Shown here piece by piece: positions 18,076 through 25,469 of a stretch of DNA of 58,758 nt (position 1 is its first letter; every line of letters starts with the position of its first letter). Below the pieces are notes generated by a model that was given only the letters and a program-made list of their open reading frames with translations, made no database searches and was not told the DNA's origin. The position numbers and the translations under genes are program-made. Origin of the DNA: Candidatus Woesearchaeota archaeon (GTDB lineage: Archaea; Nanobdellota; Nanobdellia; SCGC-AAA011-G17; JACPIM01); the NCBI GenBank assembly GCA_964457785.1, contig CAYWEX010000005.1, positions 1-58,758 of the forward strand, in the 5' to 3' direction.

Positions 18076-20529
18076 TTATTCCAAGTAAATTGCAGGCTTT
18101 CCCGGCTTTGTTTTGGAAGATTTGTTTTCTGGATCATACTTGCTCTTATCTGCGACTGAAAATACTTTTATTTCCAAATTTGTCCTTTTCTGAATTTCAT
18201 TTAGAGAATTAGAATAATTTTCAAGTTCTTTTGGTAGAACATAAAGAAAAGCTTTTGAGACTTCTTTTTCTTTTTCCTTAAATAACCTTACGATATTATT
18301 AACATCATTAATTAATTTTTCAATTAATTTTTCCTCTTCTTCAAATTTATTATTTATTTTTTTCTCATCCCATTCTGGCCATGATTCCAGTGATATAAAA
18401 GATTTATTTCCAAGTTTATGCCACAATTCTTCTGCTGTATGTGGGCAGAATGGAGCAAATAGCTTTAATATTTTTCCTATATCTTCTTTAGATATCTCTG
18501 CCTCGAGTGAATCAATCAATGCTCTTAACTTAATAACTGCGCTATTATATCTAAGATATTCTATATCTGCGCTTATTTCTTTAACAGCCTTGTTAACTTT
18601 GTGTGAAATTTTAGCGCTTGATGCTCCCATATTTATATTTTTCAAAATATTATAAGCCTTTAAGATAAATTTGTGCGTGCTTTCTATTCCAGTACTGCTC
18701 CAAACTGAATCTTTATCAGGAGATGCCATTGAAACTAAGAAAGCCCTAAGAGTGTCTGCCCCATATTTTTTGCTTATATCAAGTGGATCAATAACATTTC
18801 CCCGAGATTTTGACATAACAAAACCATCTTCACCATGAACCATCCCCTGGTTAAATAATTTGGTGAAAGGCTCATCAAAATCCAGGTATCCTAAATCTCT
18901 CAATACTTTTGTAAAAAATCTTGCATAAATTAAATGCATACAAGCATGTTCTGCTCCACCTGTATAGAAGTCAACTGGCATCCAGTATTGTGCGTTTTTC
19001 TTATCAAATGGCATTTTCTTGTTCTGACTATCAGTAAACCTAAGATAATACCAGCTGCTGTCGAAAAAAGTATCCATGGTGTCTGTTTCTCTTCTTGCCC
19101 TGCCAGAGCACTTAGGACATTTTGCTTCAACAAATTTCTTGTTTGTTTCTAGAGGGTTTCCTTCACCGAACTCTACTTTTTCAGGCAGAAGTATTGGCAG
19201 GTCTTTTTCGTTTACTCCCTGTATACCACATTTATCACAATAAACAACTGGAATCGGTGTTCCCCAATATCTTTGCCTGCTAAGAAGCCAGTCTCTTAGT
19301 TTATATTGAACAACTTTCTTTCCTAAACATTTTTTTTTCAGAAAAACAAAAATTTGTTCGCGTGCTTCATCACTCAATAATCCATTAAATAATCCTGAGT
19401 TTATTAATTTCCCAGGCCCTGTATAAGCTTTATCTGAATTTGAAATATTTTTTTCTTCTGGTTTTATGACTACATTAATTGGTATGCTATATTTTTTAGC
19501 AAAATCAAAATCTCTCTCATCATGTGCTGGAACAGCCATTACTGCTCCTGATCCATAATCAGCAACTACAAAATTTCCAGACCATACAGGAATCTTTTCT
19601 TTTGTAATTGGATGAATTGCATAACTTCCAGTGAATACTCCTTCTTTTTCCAAGTCAATAGCGTCTTTCTCGCTTGTGCTTTTAATTTTCTTTAAGAAAT
19701 CTTGAACTTGTTTTTTCTGCTCTTTTGTAACTAGTTCTGCTAATTTAGGATGCTGAGCTGAGACAACTAAGAAAGTTACTCCCATCAATGTATCTGCTCT
19801 TGTGGTAAATATTGGCCATTTCTCTTTATTAATCTCAAACAAAATTTCCACACCTTCACTTCTTCCAATCCAATTTTCCTGCATTGTCTTTATTCTTTCT
19901 GGCCAGTCTAATGATGAGACTTTTGTTAGAAGTTCATCAGCATACTTTGTTGTTCTTAAGAACCATTGTTCTAAATGCCTTATCTCCACATCTTTGCTAG
20001 TATGTCTCCAGCATTTGCCTTGATGCACTTGTTCATTTGCAAGCACTGTCTTGCAATCAGAGCACCAATTAACTGGAGATTTCTTTCTGTAAACAAGTCC
20101 ATTTTTCAAGAATTCTAGAAAGAACATCTGATTCCATTTGTAATATTCTGGATCATGGCTTTGCAGTTTTCTGCTCCAATCATAACTAAGGCCTAAAGAT
20201 TTTTGTTGTCTTATAAAATTCTCAATAGCCGCATCAGTAAATATTTTTGGGTGTGATTTTGCTTTTATTGCAGCATTTTCTGCTGGTAAGCCAAATGAAT
20301 CATAGCCCATTGGGTGAAGAACATTAAATCCCTGCATTCTCTTAAATCTAGCATAAATATCACCAATAGTGTAATTAAAAGCATGACCTATGTGCAGCCC
20401 TGATGCACTTGGATAGGGGTACATCGCTAAGGCAAAAAATTTGGGTTTTTTATTATTTAGTTTTACTTCAAATATTTTAGATTTTTCCCATTCTTTTTGC
20501 CACTTTTTCTCTATTTCATTAAAATTCAT
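18076..20529 (-). CDS. leuS: leucine-tRNA ligase, bacterial-type core with archaeal-type C-terminal tail
   Basis: YPYPS..LHIGH, GYDSFGLPAENAAI, TTRADT CP1, MSKSRGN; ends YDPENKSSKTKPGKPAIYLE; start set at MNFNEIEKKW. Confidence 0.96.
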   Translation of the reverse strand: MNFNEIEKKWQKEWEKSKIFEVKLNNKKPKFFALAMYPYPSASGLHIGHAFNYTIGDIYARFKRMQGFNVLHPMGYDSFGLPAENAAIKAKSHPKIFTDAAIENFIRQQKSLGLSYDWSRKLQSHDPEYYKWNQMFFLEFLKNGLVYRKKSPVNWCSDCKTVLANEQVHQGKCWRHTSKDVEIRHLEQWFLRTTKYADELLTKVSSLDWPERIKTMQENWIGRSEGVEILFEINKEKWPIFTTRADTLMGVTFLVVSAQHPKLAELVTKEQKKQVQDFLKKIKSTSEKDAIDLEKEGVFTGSYAIHPITKEKIPVWSGNFVVADYGSGAVMAVPAHDERDFDFAKKYSIPINVVIKPEEKNISNSDKAYTGPGKLINSGLFNGLLSDEAREQIFVFLKKKCLGKKVVQYKLRDWLLSRQRYWGTPIPVVYCDKCGIQGVNEKDLPILLPEKVEFGEGNPLETNKKFVEAKCPKCSGRARRETDTMDTFFDSSWYYLRFTDSQNKKMPFDKKNAQYWMPVDFYTGGAEHACMHLIYARFFTKVLRDLGYLDFDEPFTKLFNQGMVHGEDGFVMSKSRGNVIDPLDISKKYGADTLRAFLVSMASPDKDSVWSSTGIESTHKFILKAYNILKNINMGASSAKISHKVNKAVKEISADIEYLRYNSAVIKLRALIDSLEAEISKEDIGKILKLFAPFCPHTAEELWHKLGNKSFISLESWPEWDEKKINNKFEEEEKLIEKLINDVNNIVRLFKEKEKEVSKAFLYVLPKELENYSNSLNEIQKRTNLEIKVFSVADKSKYDPENKSSKTKPGKPAIYLE

Positions 20530-20591
20530 TAAGAACATGAAATTTAAGATATATTTAAATGTTATTTGATTCAATTTTCGAAACATTTAAA

Positions 20592-20617
20592 TATTACAAA
20601 TGTTTACATATGTAATA
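20592..20617 (+). promoter_or_regulatory. imperfect inverted repeat (putative operator) at the PIN gene start
   Basis: TATTACA-A-ATGT-TT-ACAT-A-TGTAATA between a TATA-like box and the ATG. Confidence 0.45.
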
Positions 20618-21099
20618 TGTTTGTATCAAATACATCTACTTTGATATTATTAGCTAAAATTACTTTATTTTATAAATTTATAGAGAATTCACCCAAGATT
20701 GTAATTCCAAAGGAAGTTAGAAAAGAATATTTGGGAAAAGAATCTTTTGAAACTGCATTAATTGAAAAAGAAATTGAAAAGGGAAATATAAAAGTTGCTG
20801 AAAATCCAAATTTACGAAATAACTTAACAGAGCAATTTCATCTTGACAAGGGAGAGGCAGAAGCCTATAACTTATTTAAGCAGGACAAATATGAGGCTTT
20901 ATTAACAGATGACGGCGAACTAATAAAATTATGTAAACTTGAACAAATTCCATTTATTTGTGCATTGGCTATTGTATTAAGATTGTATGAAAAAGGAGCA
21001 ATAAAAAAAGAAGAAGCTTTAGAAAAAATGGATAATTTAGTAAAGGTTGGAAGATATAAAAAAGAAATTTATGAATATTATAAAGGCGAGGTAAAATAA
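20617..21099 (+). CDS. PIN-domain protein, DUF3368-like
   Basis: MFVSNTSTLILLAK, IPKEV..E, LDKGEAEA, LLTDD. Confidence 0.85.
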   Translation: MFVSNTSTLILLAKITLFYKFIENSPKIVIPKEVRKEYLGKESFETALIEKEIEKGNIKVAENPNLRNNLTEQFHLDKGEAEAYNLFKQDKYEALLTDDGELIKLCKLEQIPFICALAIVLRLYEKGAIKKEEALEKMDNLVKVGRYKKEIYEYYKGEVK

Positions 21100-21383
21100 T
21101 GGATGTTTTGTCTGTGAGAATAAATACAAATGACTTACATTTATTTTCTAAAGTATTAAAAGAAAATAAATCAAGAGTACTTAGAGAGTTAGTTACTGAA
21201 GGAAAGAAGCATAAAGCTGCTTATTTATATAAAGAAAAAAAAGTGAGTTTAGGGTTGGGAGCAAGATTAGCTGGAGTAACATTAAGTGAGTTTATTGATT
21301 TATTAAAAGAGCATAATATAAATTTAAATGTTGAAAAAGAAGATGTCCAGGAAGCATTAAAAACAGCAAGAAGATTTTTATAA
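21099..21383 (+). CDS. UPF0175-family putative antitoxin
   Basis: A..LYKEKKVSLG.GARLAGV.LSEFIDLL; coupled to the PIN gene. Confidence 0.85.
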   Translation: MDVLSVRINTNDLHLFSKVLKENKSRVLRELVTEGKKHKAAYLYKEKKVSLGLGARLAGVTLSEFIDLLKEHNINLNVEKEDVQEALKTARRFL

Positions 21384-21575
21384 ATCTTTATTTAAAAATT
21401 CAAATGGATTATCTAAAAATGTTGGATCAAAAGCCATTACTTCTTTAGTTTCTATATTTTTAATAATATTGTATTTTTCTTTTAAGTAATAAAAGATTTT
21501 TTAAATTTATTCTTCAATATATATTTTACAGACTAATAGAAATTTATATAAATGTCTAATTTATATTAAAAGTAA

Positions 21576-21902
21576 ATGAATCCTTATCAAGAAACAAATA
21601 TAGATTTAATGTTTAGTGATGGAATAAAACAAGAGGCAATTTTTTTTCTTTTAGGAGTTTATGTTGGAATAAGGGACTATAATGGGTTAGCTGATTTGTC
21701 TGATACTAAGAGTGGGGTTTTTTTAATAAGCGAATTAGAAAGAGCAGATTATCTCAAGAGGGGAAAAGACAAGAACAGATCATTAGAATTAACAGAAAAA
21801 GGAATAAAATACTTAATTTCGAAGAAATTTATCTTAGAGGAAAAAGAAGAAGAAATTAAACTGGGAAAATTAGAAAGACAATTAGTTACATCTGCAGCTT
21901 AA
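21576..21902 (+). CDS. hypothetical protein, possible winged helix
   Basis: LERADYLKR..LELTEKG wing-like segment. Confidence 0.55.
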   Translation: MNPYQETNIDLMFSDGIKQEAIFFLLGVYVGIRDYNGLADLSDTKSGVFLISELERADYLKRGKDKNRSLELTEKGIKYLISKKFILEEKEEEIKLGKLERQLVTSAA

Positions 21903-21940
21903 AGATTAAGTTTAAATATAATTCTTTTTTATTAATTATC

Positions 21941-22429
21941 ATGATTTTAAAAAATTTAAAGAATATTTTGAGAAACAAAAAATATTTAGGGTTGTTTATT
22001 TTATTGACAATCTTATTTTCTATTGGGAGCTATTATTTAACAATATATAAAATAGTAAATATTAGCAATTTTGTTTATGTAAATGGATTAAAATTCAGCC
22101 TTGTTTATTTTACACTGAGCTTTTTGACAGCAACTTTACTGGGGCTATATATAAGCCTGTTTTTTTATAAATATGAAAAACTAAAAAAAATAGATTATAA
22201 AAACAGCACAACAAGTTTCTTTGGAGCTTTTATCGGAGCTTTGGGCAGCGGGTGTGCCGGGTGCAGCTTTACTTTGTTTTCTGGTGCAGCTTCTTTTTTA
22301 GGATTGAGTTTAGGGCTAGCGAGTCTGCCTTTAAAAGGATTGGAATTAAAAATGTTTAGCGTCTTATTTTTATTTGGAGCTAATTATCTTGGGTTAAAAA
22401 GTCTTGAAAAAAGAATCTGCAAGAAATAA
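21941..22429 (+). CDS. membrane protein with CxxC (GCAGC) motif
   Basis: four hydrophobic segments, GSGCAGC. Confidence 0.75.
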   Translation: MILKNLKNILRNKKYLGLFILLTILFSIGSYYLTIYKIVNISNFVYVNGLKFSLVYFTLSFLTATLLGLYISLFFYKYEKLKKIDYKNSTTSFFGAFIGALGSGCAGCSFTLFSGAASFLGLSLGLASLPLKGLELKMFSVLFLFGANYLGLKSLEKRICKK

Positions 22430-22479
22430 CTTTTCTTTTACAGGAATTTATTTAAATAAGAAAATAAATAAAAAGGAAA

Positions 22480-23016
22480 ATGAAAATTGGTGTAAGGGTT
22501 TTGGATGCTATGACAAAAAATCCAGTAGTTGTCAATGCAAATATGTCTATTTCTGAATGTGCGAGAGTCATGGAAGAAAATAAGGTAGGGAGTGTTATTG
22601 TAAAAGATGAGAATTTACTAGGAATAATAACAGAAGAAGACATAGTAAGAAAGGTGGTTTCAAAAAAACTTAATCTAGAAACTACGAATACAAAAAACAT
22701 AATGGTAAGCAATTTATTTACTACTTCTGGAAAAGAAGACATTTATGATGCTTTGATGCTGATGAAAGACAAGAAAATAAACCACCTTCCTGTTGTCCAG
22801 AATAATGAATTAATAGGGTTTTTAACTTTAAAAGATATTTTAAAAATCCAGCCAAGATTAGCTGAACTTGTTGTTGAAACTTTTGATTTAAGAGAAGAAG
22901 ACAAGAAATCTGAGTTATTCAAGAAAAAAATTGAGGGAGACTGCGACAACTGCAAAAACTTTTCAGTTTTACATTATTCTAATTCTAAATGGGTTTGTGA
23001 AGAATGCCTAGAATAA
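22480..23016 (+). CDS. CBS-domain pair protein with C-terminal zinc ribbon
   Basis: two CBS repeats (GIITEEDIVRKV, HLPVV..GFLTLKDIL), CDNC..CEEC. Confidence 0.92.
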   Translation: MKIGVRVLDAMTKNPVVVNANMSISECARVMEENKVGSVIVKDENLLGIITEEDIVRKVVSKKLNLETTNTKNIMVSNLFTTSGKEDIYDALMLMKDKKINHLPVVQNNELIGFLTLKDILKIQPRLAELVVETFDLREEDKKSELFKKKIEGDCDNCKNFSVLHYSNSKWVCEECLE

Positions 23017-23097
23017 GCTTTTAGAAAAAGCTTAAGCAAAAATAAGAACTAACCCTTTTCGCGAAAAGCGTTAACGGAAAGGTTCTTATCAACTCCT
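23014..23097. repeat. modular palindromic intergenic repeat, copy a
   Basis: TAAGCTTTT..AAAAAGCTTA, then TAAGAAC..GGTTCTTATCAACTCCT; modules recur at 23221, 23963, 32132, 45361, 47744, 53401, 57374, 58668. Confidence 0.85.
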
Positions 23098-23283
23098 AAA
23101 AATTGAGTGAAAGATTTTTATTTGATTTAAAAATAATTTGAAAGATTTACGAATATAATCCTAAAACCGGAAATGTTTCGAAAATTTCTCAGAACTTATT
23201 ATAAACAATTAAACCCTTTAAACCTTTTTGAAAAAAAGCTTTACCAAAAAAGCGTTTACGGAAAAAGAAAAATGATGTGAAAA

Positions 23284-23355
23284 GCCAGCATAGGTTAATG
23301 GTAAACTAATGGGATTGTCACTCCATGGATGCGGGTTCGATTCTCGCCGATGGCT
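23284..23355 (+). tRNA. tRNA-Asp(GTC)-like, non-canonical or degenerate
   Basis: good D-arm and T-arm (GCGGG-TTCGATT-CTCGC), loop TTGTCAC; two acceptor-stem mismatches, one extra nt in the anticodon stem, T at the discriminator. Confidence 0.6.
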
Positions 23356-23419
23356 CACAATAGCTAAAAGCTATCAAGAATAATTTAGTATTTAGAATTT
23401 ATAAGGTTTTTGGAAAAAT

Positions 23420-23923
23420 TTATGGTGTGATTAAACCAAGATTAGACTTCACATTATTTATTAAATCATTTGTATCAACATAGATATCGGCAGCATATTT
23501 TGTCCATAATCTTTTCCTGAAAATATATTTATGATAAAAATTTCTCAATGCTTTTCCTATCTGGCCATATTTTTCAAAATGATTTCTATAATCTGCTTCC
23601 ATTGACCCATTTATTCTTACCTGGATTTCTCCCTGGTATAAATTTTCCTTTGGAGAAACTTTGGTTGTCCTTAATGCCCAAATTTCTACATTAATTTCAT
23701 ATTTTATATAATCATTAACTTCCTTAGTAGCAATAAAATCGATTTTGTGATCTTTTCCAGTTGGTCTTACTAGCTCTACATGTATTTTTTCATTAAAAAA
23801 ATAGCCTTTTGACTTAAACCAGTTTACTATTCCCCTATAAAACTTATCAAAATCATAAAGACCAATATAACTTACCTTTATTCTTGCTGATTTTGTACCA
23901 ACAATAGGAACTTGAAAACCCAT
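23420..23923 (-). CDS. hypothetical protein
   Basis: 167-aa ORF with TATA-like sequence upstream. Confidence 0.75.
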   Translation of the reverse strand: MGFQVPIVGTKSARIKVSYIGLYDFDKFYRGIVNWFKSKGYFFNEKIHVELVRPTGKDHKIDFIATKEVNDYIKYEINVEIWALRTTKVSPKENLYQGEIQVRINGSMEADYRNHFEKYGQIGKALRNFYHKYIFRKRLWTKYAADIYVDTNDLINNVKSNLGLITP

Positions 23924-23962
23924 ATTAAATTAAAACAAGGACTATATAATAAGGTTTTCTAT

Positions 23963-24097
23963 TAAGATTTTTATTAAAAAGCTTAAGCAAAAATAAGAAC
24001 CCAGGTTCTTATCAACTCCTCATAAAAAGAACTAACCCTTTAAACATTTTAAAAAAAGCTTTACCAAAAATAAGAACCAAGGTTCTTATCAACTCCT
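23963..24097. repeat. modular palindromic intergenic repeat, tandem double copy
   Basis: two rounds of AAAAAGCTT..CAAAAA-TAAGAACC-NN-GGTTCTTATCAACTCCT. Confidence 0.85.
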
Positions 24098-24159
24098 AAT
24101 GAAGTAAAGTAACATAAAAAAAGTAAGCTAGAAAATTATATAAATGTCGTTTAATAACT

Positions 24160-25435
24160 GGCTTTGAACATTAAATTCAAAATTAAAATAAATCCGGAAA
24201 CTTTCCGGAGTTTATTACTTTATAATTAAACAACAGGTTATATATAAATTTCACTGGACAAATTCACTGGACATTTCAGGGACCTGCCTAGTGCTTATAA
24301 ACAAATTAGTCTTTTTCTGATTTTAATGAAAAAAGAGATAAAATTAACTAAAGTTATCAAAGCTTCTGTAATAGATTTAACTAAAAATAAAAAAGAATTA
24401 TTGGATAAGGATTATAATAATTATCAATGGTGGATGATATTTGGTATTGATAATGGATTATTATCTTGTTTTAAAGCAGCGAAAGGATGGAAACAAGAAA
24501 AGATAAAATATAAAGAATATAGTTTACCATTAGAATCAAGGTTTATTAAAGACTGGTTCAGGAAAAGAGATACTAAACTAACTGAAGACTGGATTAAGAT
24601 TCCTTGCAGCAAAAGAAAAGGACAGGGATTATGGCTTCCATTAAAATATCATCAGGAATTGCCTGACAAATATACTTTAAAAGATTCCTTTTTAGTAAGA
24701 AAGAATGATAAATATTATATTTATTTCACAGTAGGGGTAGATTGTCCTAAATTGTATAAACCAAAAGAAGTAATTGGAATAGACTTAGGACTTAAAAACC
24801 CAGTTACTTTGGTTAATATTAATAATAAACAAACTAAGTTCTTGGGAAAAGAATTGAAGAAAGTTAAAGGAAAATATTATTACTTAAGAAAGAAGTTAGG
24901 ACAAAATAAAAATCTTAAACAAATAAAAAAGATAAGAAACAAGGAAAAAAGAAAGATTAATTCTATATTGCATACTTTATCCAAAGCAATTGTATTAGAA
25001 GCTTATGATAATAAATCAGCTATTGTTATAGGAAAATTAAAAGACTTAAAGAAAAATAAAGGAAGAAAGTTTAACAGAAAGTTATCTAATTTCTCCCATT
25101 ATCAATTTACTAAATTCCTAGAATATAAATCTCAACAATTAGGTATTCCATTCATAAAAGTAAATGAAGCATATACTAGCAAGACCTGTAATGTTTGTAA
25201 CAGTCCAGGTATAAGAATAAAGAATTGGTTTAAGTGTAATACTTGTAATTATGAAGACAATGCAGACAGAAATGCTGCAATAAATATAGGAAAACGGGGT
25301 TCAAGCCATGTGTTTGGATCAGGGGCAAATGCTTTTGCCCAGAAGCCTATCCAGAATAGGCAAGCACAACATTTAATAATTGAAAAATAAACATATTTTG
25401 TAAATTGTTTAATATATTAATTTATGTGCAAAGCT
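24160..25435 (+). mobile_element. non-autonomous TIR element 2 carrying tnpB
   Basis: left end GGCTTTGAACATTAAATTC, right end AATTTATGTGCAAAGCT, TSD TTAATAACT at 24151-24159 and 25436-25444; interior homologous to element 1. Confidence 0.9.
24326..25390 (+). CDS. tnpB: TnpB-family RNA-guided endonuclease, compact, rearranged RuvC-II (copy 2)
   Basis: D153, G236, E281, D314, zinc finger C288/C291/C304/C307; about 34 aa differences from copy 1 by manual alignment. Confidence 0.93.
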   Translation: MKKEIKLTKVIKASVIDLTKNKKELLDKDYNNYQWWMIFGIDNGLLSCFKAAKGWKQEKIKYKEYSLPLESRFIKDWFRKRDTKLTEDWIKIPCSKRKGQGLWLPLKYHQELPDKYTLKDSFLVRKNDKYYIYFTVGVDCPKLYKPKEVIGIDLGLKNPVTLVNINNKQTKFLGKELKKVKGKYYYLRKKLGQNKNLKQIKKIRNKEKRKINSILHTLSKAIVLEAYDNKSAIVIGKLKDLKKNKGRKFNRKLSNFSHYQFTKFLEYKSQQLGIPFIKVNEAYTSKTCNVCNSPGIRIKNWFKCNTCNYEDNADRNAAINIGKRGSSHVFGSGANAFAQKPIQNRQAQHLIIEK

Positions 25436-25455
25436 TTAATAACTTTATTTAATCA
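25323..25455 (+). ncRNA. predicted omega-RNA scaffold plus guide, element 2
   Basis: hairpins 25323-25340, 25345-25361 and TAAACA/TGTTTA 25388-25411; boundaries inferred. Confidence 0.55.
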
Positions 25456-25469
25456 AAAAGGGGAAATTT

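Noticed and set aside
23963-24097. CRISPR array from the recurring GGTTCTTATCAACTCCT
   Set aside because: Irregular spacing, intervening DNA is itself repeated, and copies are dispersed across the window.
24326-25390. Nuclease-dead TnpB (TldR-like), because the RuvC-II Glu is missing
   Set aside because: A compensating Glu 45 aa downstream matches the known rearranged active site; not excluded without an assay, but less likely.
9879-25435. One 15.5-kb composite transposon bounded by the two elements
   Set aside because: Each element has its own matching TSD pair, and the outermost flanks (GATTTATAT versus TTAATAACT) differ.
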